Part shown: positions 35,015 to 43,731 of the stretch, in pieces
Layout of the letters: the number at the start of each line of letters is the position of its first letter
Numbering within the stretch: the first letter of the stretch is position 1
Assembly: GCA_027001995.1 (NCBI GenBank)
Contig: JALTLO010000109.1
Location: forward strand, 1-50,654
Reading direction: 5' to 3'
DNA: 50,654 nt
DNA from: Planctomycetota bacterium
GTDB lineage: Bacteria > Planctomycetota > GCA-002687715 > DRQF01
Translations under genes and position numbers: made by a program
Notes under the pieces: generated by a model
Seen by the model: the letters and a program-made list of their open reading frames with translations, nothing else
Told to the model about the DNA's origin: nothing
Database searches by the model: none

Positions 35015-38000
35015 ATGAAGCGTCGGTATTTCTATCTCTTGACGATCATCTTCTTGCTTGGATGCCTCGCTCTGGACTTCTACACCGCGAAGAATGCCCG
35101 CAAGCTGCAAAATCTTGTCCGCAGTGAGCTAGGGAAAGTCCTCAAGGCCCCGGCGTTCGCTCAGGTTCGCATGGTGGGCCCCACACAGTTTGAACTCTAC
35201 GACATTGAGATCATGCGAGAGACAGGGAGCAACGATGAGATTCTCGTTTGCCCCTCTGCCACAATCACCCTGGATTGGTTCAAGGCACTGTGGGGCGATG
35301 TTCGGGTGAAGACCGTTTTCTTCCAAGACCCAGAAGTTCATCTTTATTGGGAGCGTGGTGAGTTGAGCTTGCCGCGGGTGTTCTCGACTCCTGACAATGA
35401 AGATGATTCTGGCTTGGGCATCTTGCCTCAGATCGCTGTCAAGGGATTGAGCGTCTTCTTTCATGATGCGCCTTTCTGGGCTGGCCCTGAAGTGGCTATC
35501 TCCAACATCGATATTGGTATTACACCTAATATCATGAAGAACTATCCCTACCATCTGCAAGGCTCGATCCATGACCGAGTCTTTGGTGCATTCGAATTGG
35601 CCGCCGACTTTGGCAAGGCGCCTCTCAAAGGTGAGGTTGTGCATCGCTCTTTTCGGCTGAAGAAAGAAGCTCTCGATCAACTGAACGAATCGTTGAGTAA
35701 ACCGCTCAATAATATTGCAATCTCAGGAGGAAACATCGGCGTCAAGGTTGAGTTCTGGGCCGACGATGCTCTTGATCGAGTGAACTCCCGATTAACCACA
35801 ACGTTTGATGAAGTGTCAGTTGGCTACCGCGAATGGCCCCTGGGAATCACTGACCTCAATGGCGTTGTGACTCTGGAAGACCTGCAGCTTGAAGCGGACG
35901 GTCTGGAGTTCAAGCTATCCGGCGCTCAGGTAACAGTCGATTCTGCCATCGTTGACTTGGTGCCATCCGAACCAGAGTTTCGCATTGTTGGGGATATGCG
36001 AGAGCTCTTTGTTGACAACAAGTTCGTTCGCGATCTCGAAGGTTTGCAAGTAGATCCTTTTATTGATGTGGCCGAGTCTTTGGAGGCTCTCGGGGCTCAC
36101 GGCAAAGTCGATGTGGATTTCAATCTGTCCCAGAATGCCGAAGATAATTTCGACGGCGTTAAGGTGGACATCGTTGCCCAGTTCCGTGGGGCTGATCTGA
36201 TGTTTCGCGGCTATTACGACAAGAAAACAGGCGAACGTGAAGGCTACCCTTACCCTTTGAAGAAGGTGGTAGGCACCGTCCACATTGGCAACAACCGCCT
36301 CGACTTCCGCGACTTAAGTTCAACTGTGCGCTCCCCAGATTTGGTCGCCAATGGGTCGGTTACCTATGGGGAAGCAGATTTTAGCTATGACATCGATATT
36401 CGTGGCTACGACGTCCGGCTAGATGAGAAGGTCAGACAGACTCTGCCCCCAGATGTGCGGGAAGTCTATGACAGTTATGCACCATCTGGGCCAGTTAATT
36501 TTACCCTTCAGATTCAACGTCCTCCCAAGACGGAATCCCCAGATCTCCACTTGGACGTGGAGCTGAAGGGTTGCGCGGCATTGCCGCAGCTCTTTCCTTA
36601 TCGTTTGGAAGACCTGCGAGGACATCTCATTTTTGGCAAAGAGGGCGGTACTCTCATCAGTGGTATCACTGCCGCCCATGGTGGCGCCTCCTTTGACATC
36701 GAAGGTCTCCTCGATCACCAAGGTGACGAGGACGGGCCGGCCTACAACCTCACGATTGGCGTTGACGATCTTCAAGTGAACGAGGAACTCATGACGGGCA
36801 TTAGTCGGGAATTCCCCGACATCGCTTCGGAGCTTCGGCGTTATGGTTTCTCTGGCAAGATCGACTTTGATTGTTCGATCAACTCTAAGGAAGAAGGGGC
36901 ACTCAATGTGTTCCAAGCAGAACTTAAGGGTCTTCGCTTCTGCTATGAGAAGTTCCCGAATGCGATTTGTACCGACCTCTTCGGGCAAGTTTTCGTGCAG
37001 GGGGATCGCCTTGACTTTAATCGCACCACATTCCAATTGTGCGGCAGTGAGATGGCGGCATCTGGCTGGGTCAACTTGGGGGAAATAGCGGGGCACGACA
37101 TTGAGATCACATCAAAAGACTTCGCCATAACACCGAAAGCAATTGAAATTGCCACGGACGCGGCCCCGTCTATTCGAGAGCTCGATGACATACTCGACAT
37201 CACCGGCAACATCAGCCTTGGACTCAGAATCCGCTCTTCGCCCCAAGGCAATATTTTCCGTACCAATTTGACGGCCCAAGGACTGACGATCGCATTGCCT
37301 GAATACAACTTGGAGGCCAAGTCTGTTTATGGGTCACTCGAGATTGATGGCGATGACCTTAATTTCAAAGGCTGGACCGGTGTCATCCCCTATGGTTCAT
37401 CAGACCCCAAGTCACCAGCCTTCGAGTTCAGTGTTAACAGTGGACATTTCAACACGCGGTCCGACGGAGCTCGGTTGAATCTCCATCACATTGGTTTTGA
37501 CAACCTCTTGTTGGATGAGCGCCTTCGGGATCGTCTGCCCGATGACATCGCGGAGCAACTCAAAGACTTCAAGCTGGCAGGCCATCTCAAAGGCAAGATC
37601 GACAGTTTCTTTTACGCTCAAGATAACGTGATCTTCAGTGGTGAAGTGACAACGACGCATGTCCGCGCCGATCCTGGTGTGCCCTTTGCCATCAATCACG
37701 GAACTATTGTTATTGAGGACGCCCAGGTCAGCACCGAGAGTTTTAATCTAGAAGGAACACTGGAAGATGCGGATCTTGAGATCCAGGGCTTTCCAGTTAC
37801 TTCGAGCTCGGCGATTTTTCAGCTCAATCAGAGGTCTTTTGCTTTTCGTGAATTCGCTGGCGATTGCCTTGGAGGAAAAATCAACCCAGTCCAAAGCTAT
37901 TTCACTTATGTGCATGGGGGTGATGAGACCTTTGACACTTCGATTTCCCTCAAAAACTTAGACCTTTCCAAATTGGCTCGATCGATGGGAGCCAACGCTG

Positions 38001-38530
38001 ATTCCGTCGTCGGCAAGAGCGACGGTTGGGCTCGCCTCAATGGTATTCTCACGGACCATGCGACATTTGAAGGGGCTGGAGAGGTTTGGGTGTCAGGTGA
38101 GAAACTCTATGAACTCCCGATTTTGGCGAGTATTTTGCAATTCGTGAATTTCGATTTTCTCATCCGAGCCGGTGGGCAAGAGCAGCGAGCCCATTTCAAT
38201 GTGACAATCGAGGATGAGTCTATCGCTATTGAGAATGCTCGATTTGAAGGTCCTGGCATTGCTTTGGATGGCGGGGGCCATATCGGATTCGATGGCGTGG
38301 CCCAGCTTGAGTTCACCCCTACAATCATCAAATTGCTCGATGGCATTCCTGTCCTTGGGGACATCGTCAACGTAGTGACAGGCTTCCTCGTGAGTAAGAT
38401 CAAGATCTCGGGTCCCTTGGAAGATTTAAGAGCCGAAGGTGATAACTACCTCACGGAACTTCTTCCGGGCGAAAAAGACACTGGGCGAAGACTAAAGACG
38501 ATGCCCCTAAAAGTTGATACGCGAAACTAA
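35015..38530 (+). CDS. AsmA-like (TamB/YhdP-type) repeating-beta-groove envelope protein
   Basis: N-terminal TM; repeated FPY.L.D..G beta motifs; AsmA-like C-terminus (LDGGGHIGFDG..L, IPVLGDIV, KISGPL). Confidence 0.75.
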   Translation: MKRRYFYLLTIIFLLGCLALDFYTAKNARKLQNLVRSELGKVLKAPAFAQVRMVGPTQFELYDIEIMRETGSNDEILVCPSATITLDWFKALWGDVRVKTVFFQDPEVHLYWERGELSLPRVFSTPDNEDDSGLGILPQIAVKGLSVFFHDAPFWAGPEVAISNIDIGITPNIMKNYPYHLQGSIHDRVFGAFELAADFGKAPLKGEVVHRSFRLKKEALDQLNESLSKPLNNIAISGGNIGVKVEFWADDALDRVNSRLTTTFDEVSVGYREWPLGITDLNGVVTLEDLQLEADGLEFKLSGAQVTVDSAIVDLVPSEPEFRIVGDMRELFVDNKFVRDLEGLQVDPFIDVAESLEALGAHGKVDVDFNLSQNAEDNFDGVKVDIVAQFRGADLMFRGYYDKKTGEREGYPYPLKKVVGTVHIGNNRLDFRDLSSTVRSPDLVANGSVTYGEADFSYDIDIRGYDVRLDEKVRQTLPPDVREVYDSYAPSGPVNFTLQIQRPPKTESPDLHLDVELKGCAALPQLFPYRLEDLRGHLIFGKEGGTLISGITAAHGGASFDIEGLLDHQGDEDGPAYNLTIGVDDLQVNEELMTGISREFPDIASELRRYGFSGKIDFDCSINSKEEGALNVFQAELKGLRFCYEKFPNAICTDLFGQVFVQGDRLDFNRTTFQLCGSEMAASGWVNLGEIAGHDIEITSKDFAITPKAIEIATDAAPSIRELDDILDITGNISLGLRIRSSPQGNIFRTNLTAQGLTIALPEYNLEAKSVYGSLEIDGDDLNFKGWTGVIPYGSSDPKSPAFEFSVNSGHFNTRSDGARLNLHHIGFDNLLLDERLRDRLPDDIAEQLKDFKLAGHLKGKIDSFFYAQDNVIFSGEVTTTHVRADPGVPFAINHGTIVIEDAQVSTESFNLEGTLEDADLEIQGFPVTSSSAIFQLNQRSFAFREFAGDCLGGKINPVQSYFTYVHGGDETFDTSISLKNLDLSKLARSMGANADSVVGKSDGWARLNGILTDHATFEGAGEVWVSGEKLYELPILASILQFVNFDFLIRAGGQEQRAHFNVTIEDESIAIENARFEGPGIALDGGGHIGFDGVAQLEFTPTIIKLLDGIPVLGDIVNVVTGFLVSKIKISGPLEDLRAEGDNYLTELLPGEKDTGRRLKTMPLKVDTRN

Positions 38531-39597
38531 TGGCTGACAATTATTGTGTAATCATGGCAGGGGGCTCGGGCCAGCGCTTTTGGCCCGCCAGTCGTAAAGC
38601 TCTTCCTAAGCAACTCCTCTCTATCGAACCTGACTTGACATTGGTGCAAGCGACCCTGCAACGGGTTCCCAAAGAAATCGGCCCAGAGCGAACGATTATC
38701 ATTACCAATGCTTCTCAGGTTGCGGCTTTGAAAGCGCAAGTTGACTTGCCGGACGCCAACATCATTGCGGAGCCCCTTGGCCGGGATACGGCCCCATGCA
38801 TCGGCCTGGCAGCCAAGATCATTCAAAAACGCTCGCCCGACGCCGTCATGGCCGTCATGGCGGCAGACCATGTGATTCGGCCGACCGCTGTCTTCGCCGA
38901 GGAGCTTTGCTGTGCCATGGATTTCGCCGCCCGCTCCCAGGGCATTGTCACTTTAGGAATTAAGCCGACTGAAGCGGCCACAGGGTATGGTTACATACAT
39001 TTGGGGGAAGTGGCCGAAGGAGCAATTTGTCAGGTTCAGGCGTTCAAGGAGAAGCCCCAAAAACCTCAAGCCGAACAATTCTTAGCTGACGGCGGTTATC
39101 TTTGGAATAGCGGCATCTTCATCTGGCCAGTGGCCAGGATTTTGGATGAGATTGCCACGCATTTGCCAAAGTTGTCCCTGAGTCTGGAGGATCTTGATGA
39201 GGACATCGACACAGATAGATTCGACAGCCGTCTGAAAGAAGTTTTTCCCACTCTCGAGAAAGTGAGCATCGACCACGGGGTCCTGGAGCACGCGGACAAC
39301 CGATTTTGCCTGAAGACCACATTCGTTTGGGACGACGTTGGCTCGTTGGCTGCGTTAGCCCGTCATAACGAGCAAGATGAAAACGGAAATACCAAGCTGG
39401 GAGACGTTGTCGCTTTAGACACGTCTTCGTGTATTGCCGACAACAGAAGCGATGGCATCTTGGCTTTGTTAGGTGTCGAAGACTTGATAGTTGTGCGCAC
39501 CGGTGACGCTGTCCTTGTGGCCAAAAGAGGGCAAGAGGAACAAGTGAAGAACCTTGTGGCAAAGCTCGAGCAAGACGGGCGAGGTGAGTTCCTCTGA
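38530..39597 (+). CDS. manC: Mannose-1-phosphate guanylyltransferase
   Basis: IMAGGSGQRFWPASR..PKQ, EPLGRDTAP, ADH, TGYGYI, FKEKP, WNSGIF, WDDVGS. Confidence 0.93.
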   Translation: MADNYCVIMAGGSGQRFWPASRKALPKQLLSIEPDLTLVQATLQRVPKEIGPERTIIITNASQVAALKAQVDLPDANIIAEPLGRDTAPCIGLAAKIIQKRSPDAVMAVMAADHVIRPTAVFAEELCCAMDFAARSQGIVTLGIKPTEAATGYGYIHLGEVAEGAICQVQAFKEKPQKPQAEQFLADGGYLWNSGIFIWPVARILDEIATHLPKLSLSLEDLDEDIDTDRFDSRLKEVFPTLEKVSIDHGVLEHADNRFCLKTTFVWDDVGSLAALARHNEQDENGNTKLGDVVALDTSSCIADNRSDGILALLGVEDLIVVRTGDAVLVAKRGQEEQVKNLVAKLEQDGRGEFL

Positions 39598-40031
39598 TGA
39601 ATCGCATCTTGGCTCTGGACTACGGCGAGAAACGGATTGGGGTGGCGCTTTCAGACCCCCTCGGCATCATCGCCACAGGTCATTCCACTTACGTCCGGCA
39701 GAGCCTCCAAGAAGACCTAACTCATCTGGCGGCCATCTTGGAAGAAGAGGACGTGGAAGAGTGGGTGATTGGTTTGCCCCTCAACGCCGATGGTAGCGAA
39801 GGAGAGATGGTCAAGAAGGCCGAGGCCTTCGCTGATGCTCTGTGCACTTTTTCTAAGAAACCCTATGCTTGGGCTGATGAAACCTATAGCTCTTTGGAAG
39901 CGGATGAGATTCTGCGGGAGAAGTACAAAGACTTTAAGAAACGAAAGAGCGAGCGCGACATGATCGCGGCTCAAATCATCTTGCGGCATTTTCTTGAGTA
40001 TGGAGCCAGTCGGCGGCGTAGTTCTGACTGA
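39597..40031 (+). CDS. ruvX: RuvX/YqgF (pre-16S rRNA nuclease)
   Basis: ILALDYGEKRIGVALSDP, IGLP, DETYSS, DMIAAQIIL. Confidence 0.93.
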   Translation: MNRILALDYGEKRIGVALSDPLGIIATGHSTYVRQSLQEDLTHLAAILEEEDVEEWVIGLPLNADGSEGEMVKKAEAFADALCTFSKKPYAWADETYSSLEADEILREKYKDFKKRKSERDMIAAQIILRHFLEYGASRRRSSD

Positions 40032-40036
40032 GGACG

Positions 40037-40075
40037 AAAAAAGCCGGAGTGCGGAAAAGGGGGTCCGCACTCCGG
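40037..40075 (-). terminator. Strong terminator oriented for a minus-strand transcript
   Basis: Perfect 12-bp stem ccggagtgcgga/tccgcactccgg with A6 on the left, which reads as U6 on the minus strand. Confidence 0.75.
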
Positions 40076-40442
40076 TGGCAAAGAAGGCGCAGGATGAAAG
40101 CCTTCGAATCTCCGAAAAACATTCAGTCCAGCGCCACGGCTAGATGGTTCGAGTCAACACGGTTCGGTTGCTCGCTGTGGTCCAAGGGTTTTGGCCTCTC
40201 GGTCCATTTGATTGTCAAAATCACGGCGCTGTTTCGGCTTGGACAATTCCAAGGCAACACATGAGATCGTCGAAGATTTGTGAGTTCGGCCCCAGCAAGT
40301 TCGGCTGGTTCAACATCATGGCAAAACTCGTCATTTCGATTGATCTGTGAAGAGGTTAGTGTCTTCCCTATAGCCAAGTCAAGAAATCCGAATTCTATTC
40401 TCAGGCCTAACTTACGATGGCCCTTTTGAAGCGGAAGATATT

Positions 40443-40631
40443 ATGAAGCAGTGGATTCCCTCCTTTTTGTGTTTTGTGCTCCTGGCCACCCCTATTCTTG
40501 CTCACCCAGGTCATGGCAGGCCCAGCCCCATGCACACGCTCATGGAACCAATCCACGTTGTTGAGTTTGCCGCTGTTTTCATCACAATGATCACAGCAAT
40601 CTGCCTTCGTTCCCGGGCCAAGAGCCGATAG
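40443..40631 (+). CDS. Small membrane protein with an N-terminal HPGH motif (HupE/UreJ-like start)
   Basis: Signal peptide ending LA-HPGHG, further His residues, one TM, basic tail. Confidence 0.55.
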   Translation: MKQWIPSFLCFVLLATPILAHPGHGRPSPMHTLMEPIHVVEFAAVFITMITAICLRSRAKSR

Positions 40632-40716
40632 ACCTTCCTGAAAATTCTGGGAATCCCCACCGGGATTGGGGTGCTAGCCAATGACAATTTGACGTTTGTG
40701 GCTGTCCCATAAAGGA

Positions 40717-40746
40717 AGGGCCTCTCGATGGGAATCGAGAGGCCCT
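40717..40746. terminator. Hairpin between convergent genes (terminator for the peroxidase gene)
   Basis: agggcctctcgat-ggga-atcgagaggccct, a perfect 13-bp stem. Confidence 0.7.
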
Positions 40747-40772
40747 CTGTGAACTGGTCTTCTTCAGTGAAC

Positions 40773-42416
40773 TTAGAAGACGGTGATCTTGGCACCACGG
40801 GTGGTTGAGTAACCCAAGGTGGACGTTGTCATTGGATCAACAACAAGCCATTGAACGTAGCGGGTGAATCCAACCAGGGAAGGATCGTTGGGAATCGGGA
40901 ATGCCAAAGTGGCGTAGCCATCCCCAGCCATGGTTCCAAAGGTTGGAGCAGCGATGTACCCGAAGCTGGCGTCCAGAGGATCAACCGTAAATGGTAAGCC
41001 AAAGTAACTTGTTCCTGGGGCAGCAGGGACATCTGAGTAAATCAGATAGGCCGTGGTTCCGCCCAAGGCATCGCGCAGTCCTAAACGGTAGTCTGGGTTG
41101 CCGATGTTGGCTGGATCAACAGCCGTCATCTTCGGGGTGATGCCACCACTTCCACTGAGGTCAGTTCCGAGAAGGTTCGACCCCGGCAAGACGACTTCGC
41201 TGCGCAGTGTCGGACGATCGAAGGGGAACTGCTTGTTGGCAACCCGTGGATCTGTGAGTGCGTTGTTCAAGAAGTCGATGAGGTCACCAAAAAGGAATGG
41301 TGGGAAGAAGATGGTGGCCATGATGGGGTCGACGTTCTGGTTGAAGTTGCCTCCCACAATATAGAAAAATAGTACTTGTCCCATGTTTGCCAGCTCACCG
41401 TTGTGCATGAAGCGTGAACGGAGACCAACGTTTCTCAGACTTGGAACTTTGAAGCGACCTAAGTCTTGGGCGAGGCCAGTGACATTCATGCGACCGGCAT
41501 CTTCTGCAGGTGGCCTGACGCCAATGTTGCGGAAGGTGTTGTCGGTGGTCAAAGCGCCAGAGTGGCAAAGGTTGCACTTGCCCGCCCCATTGAATGTTTG
41601 GAGACCATTGAACTGGGCTGGTGTCAGGGCATTCATGTTTCCTGCGAGGAAAAGATCGAAGGGTGACTGATCCGAAATGAGTGTACGCTCATAAGTGGCA
41701 ATGGCCATGGCGATGCGCGCGGCTGAAACTTGCGGAGATCCGAAGGCAGCCTGGAACAACATGGGGTAAGTGGGGTTGGCGCTGAGAGCCGCTGCCATGT
41801 CTGGGGGAATGTTGGTTGCGAGCTTGAGGGGAGTCGCGGTCGTGAGCTTTGCCGTGATTTCTGGCCAATCGCGGTTGTCATGGCCCATTTCGGCGTTCGA
41901 AAGAGGAGGCCCAATGGCTTGGTTCTCTAAGCCACCACCGGTAGGAAGGATGTTGACGCCCGTTTCCGGATCATCGAAACTCTGTCCTGCACGGCCATCC
42001 CAGAACATCTCGGGGATGAAGGCGGCGTTGATCATGGACGGCGCGATACGGCCGGTGACTTGACGCTTGAAGCCGAAAACCGGGTCTGGGATGAAGTTGT
42101 TGGCGTTGTCTGCCCGGCGAATTCCAAAGGAACCGATGATGTCATCGGCGGTGTTGGGAATGCCGTCCGGTCCCGGGTTCAGACCGTTGCGGGAATCGTT
42201 GCCCCCAGTCTCGGGAAGATGACAAGTACCACAGGCCATTTGATTGTTACTTGAAAGTTGCTCGTCCCAGAACAGGATTTTTCCGAGCACCCTCTTGGCA
42301 GGTGTTATGGGGTTACCCGCTGGAACGGGAACGGGTGGCAAACCTTGGGCGAATGTTATTTTGGTAAAGCAAAAGAGAAGCGCGAGCAGCAAGCTCGCCC
42401 TGATAGGGCGGGTCAT
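40773..42416 (-). CDS. Di-heme cytochrome c peroxidase (CcpA/MauG family) with a C-terminal extension
   Basis: LGKILFWD, CGTCH, FWDGRA, CNLCH, FKVPSLRNV, FMHNG; signal peptide. GGAGA RBS supports start 42416. Confidence 0.9.
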   Translation of the reverse strand: MTRPIRASLLLALLFCFTKITFAQGLPPVPVPAGNPITPAKRVLGKILFWDEQLSSNNQMACGTCHLPETGGNDSRNGLNPGPDGIPNTADDIIGSFGIRRADNANNFIPDPVFGFKRQVTGRIAPSMINAAFIPEMFWDGRAGQSFDDPETGVNILPTGGGLENQAIGPPLSNAEMGHDNRDWPEITAKLTTATPLKLATNIPPDMAAALSANPTYPMLFQAAFGSPQVSAARIAMAIATYERTLISDQSPFDLFLAGNMNALTPAQFNGLQTFNGAGKCNLCHSGALTTDNTFRNIGVRPPAEDAGRMNVTGLAQDLGRFKVPSLRNVGLRSRFMHNGELANMGQVLFFYIVGGNFNQNVDPIMATIFFPPFLFGDLIDFLNNALTDPRVANKQFPFDRPTLRSEVVLPGSNLLGTDLSGSGGITPKMTAVDPANIGNPDYRLGLRDALGGTTAYLIYSDVPAAPGTSYFGLPFTVDPLDASFGYIAAPTFGTMAGDGYATLAFPIPNDPSLVGFTRYVQWLVVDPMTTSTLGYSTTRGAKITVF

Positions 42417-42639
42417 TTCGATGTCTCCGTATTGGCAGTTGAATTCATAGGTGACTCCGAGAGTGTGCAGATTTCGGAGCGAAGAAATGAAGAAAATCCG
42501 ATTCAAACACCATGTGGCCAATTTGGATTGCCTTAAGGTTGGTTGCGACTATGGCTTAGGTGATTTCCTTCAACTCAATTTTCTCCCTGGTTTGGATGAA
42601 TAAAGTCTCAAATTAGGACGAACCTGAGGATTGGCTGAG

Positions 42640-43020
42640 CTATCTTTGGCCCATGTACTTGATGGCATGGATCTGATCTTGCCAATCGGGGAAGTCATTC
42701 AAGAGTCGGATGAGATGCTGGGCCTCCCGGGGGAAGATCTTGCCGTCAGCTAAGATGGCCTCGCAGCGTTGGCGCAAGGTGTCGATGGCGATGGGGCTGA
42801 GGTCCTTGGTGGCATTTTGAGCTATGGCCGCATCGAGCTGGTTCAGAAGTTCGGCTCTCGCCTGGGGGGAGACGAGACTGAGCCTCCCGGTGAGTTTTTC
42901 TTGGATGGATCGGAGCTTCTCTGCTCGGATTTTTTGCGCCTGGGCGCGGCAGCCAAACTTGCCTCCGACGAGGGCAAGGGTAAGAAGAACGACAGTCATA
43001 GCGGTACGAGAAACGGTCAT
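42640..43020 (-). CDS. Hypothetical membrane-anchored protein
   Basis: N-terminal hydrophobic helix then a helical domain; start uncertain. Confidence 0.5.
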   Translation of the reverse strand: MTVSRTAMTVVLLTLALVGGKFGCRAQAQKIRAEKLRSIQEKLTGRLSLVSPQARAELLNQLDAAIAQNATKDLSPIAIDTLRQRCEAILADGKIFPREAQHLIRLLNDFPDWQDQIHAIKYMGQR

Positions 43021-43408
43021 AGAGATAATGTGACGGGATCTCGCCTGGGACACAAGATTCAATCGTCTTCTACAAGGGCGTTGGGCTCACTTCACCCCCC
43101 TGCTATAGTCTGTCAATCCCATGGATCATTGTTTTAGGAGTATTTCCTAACTCATTTATTCGTGCAGGCTTAGCGGCGGTTCACGGGTTTCCGTTGCCGA
43201 GCCTATTTAACCGACAAAACCCACCTTATCTCGCGATTGGCTACCTCTCGCTGGGAACTCGCCCTCATCTTTGTCCGTGGTCAAGTCCATTTTACGTGGA
43301 TAACGGCAAGAAAAGGGAGTTCTCGGCTTCAGGTGAATCGTTGCGGGTAGCTCCAAGCTCGGCCTTATGCGCCAAGCGGAGCGCATCGGAAATCGAAAGG
43401 AATCCCCG

Positions 43409-43693
43409 ATGAGTGAAACGACCATGCCTAACAAAGGTGACGTAATTGCTGAGTACAAGACTCACGACGGCGACACTGGCTCCCCAGAAGTTCAAGTCGC
43501 GCTTTTGACTGCGCGCATCAAGCACCTAACAGAGCACTTGAAGATCCATAAGAAAGACAACACCTCGCGCCGGGGCCTCCTGAAATTGGTTGGTACTCGT
43601 TCGAAGTTGCTGCGTTACTTGTGGCGCAAAGATCCCAACCGCCACGACAGTGTTGTGGCTCAGCTTGGTATCCGCTCACACGCTCGCAAATAA
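43409..43693 (+). CDS. rpsO: 30S ribosomal protein S15
   Basis: [47 protein letters not shown]. Confidence 0.98.
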   Translation: MSETTMPNKGDVIAEYKTHDGDTGSPEVQVALLTARIKHLTEHLKIHKKDNTSRRGLLKLVGTRSKLLRYLWRKDPNRHDSVVAQLGIRSHARK

Positions 43694-43731
43694 TTTCCAG
43701 GCTATGGAGCCTGGTCAGAAGAAGGAAATAT

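Noticed and set aside
40123..40377. 84-aa minus-strand ORF as a real gene
   Set aside because: Its TTG start overlaps the predicted -35 element, it has no SD and it has no recognisable motif.
43621..43731. N-terminal extension of PNPase; similar extensions on menG, rpsO, the ECF and the peroxidase in the ORF track
   Set aside because: These are longest-ORF artefacts. Better starts, with an SD or a -10 element, lie downstream.
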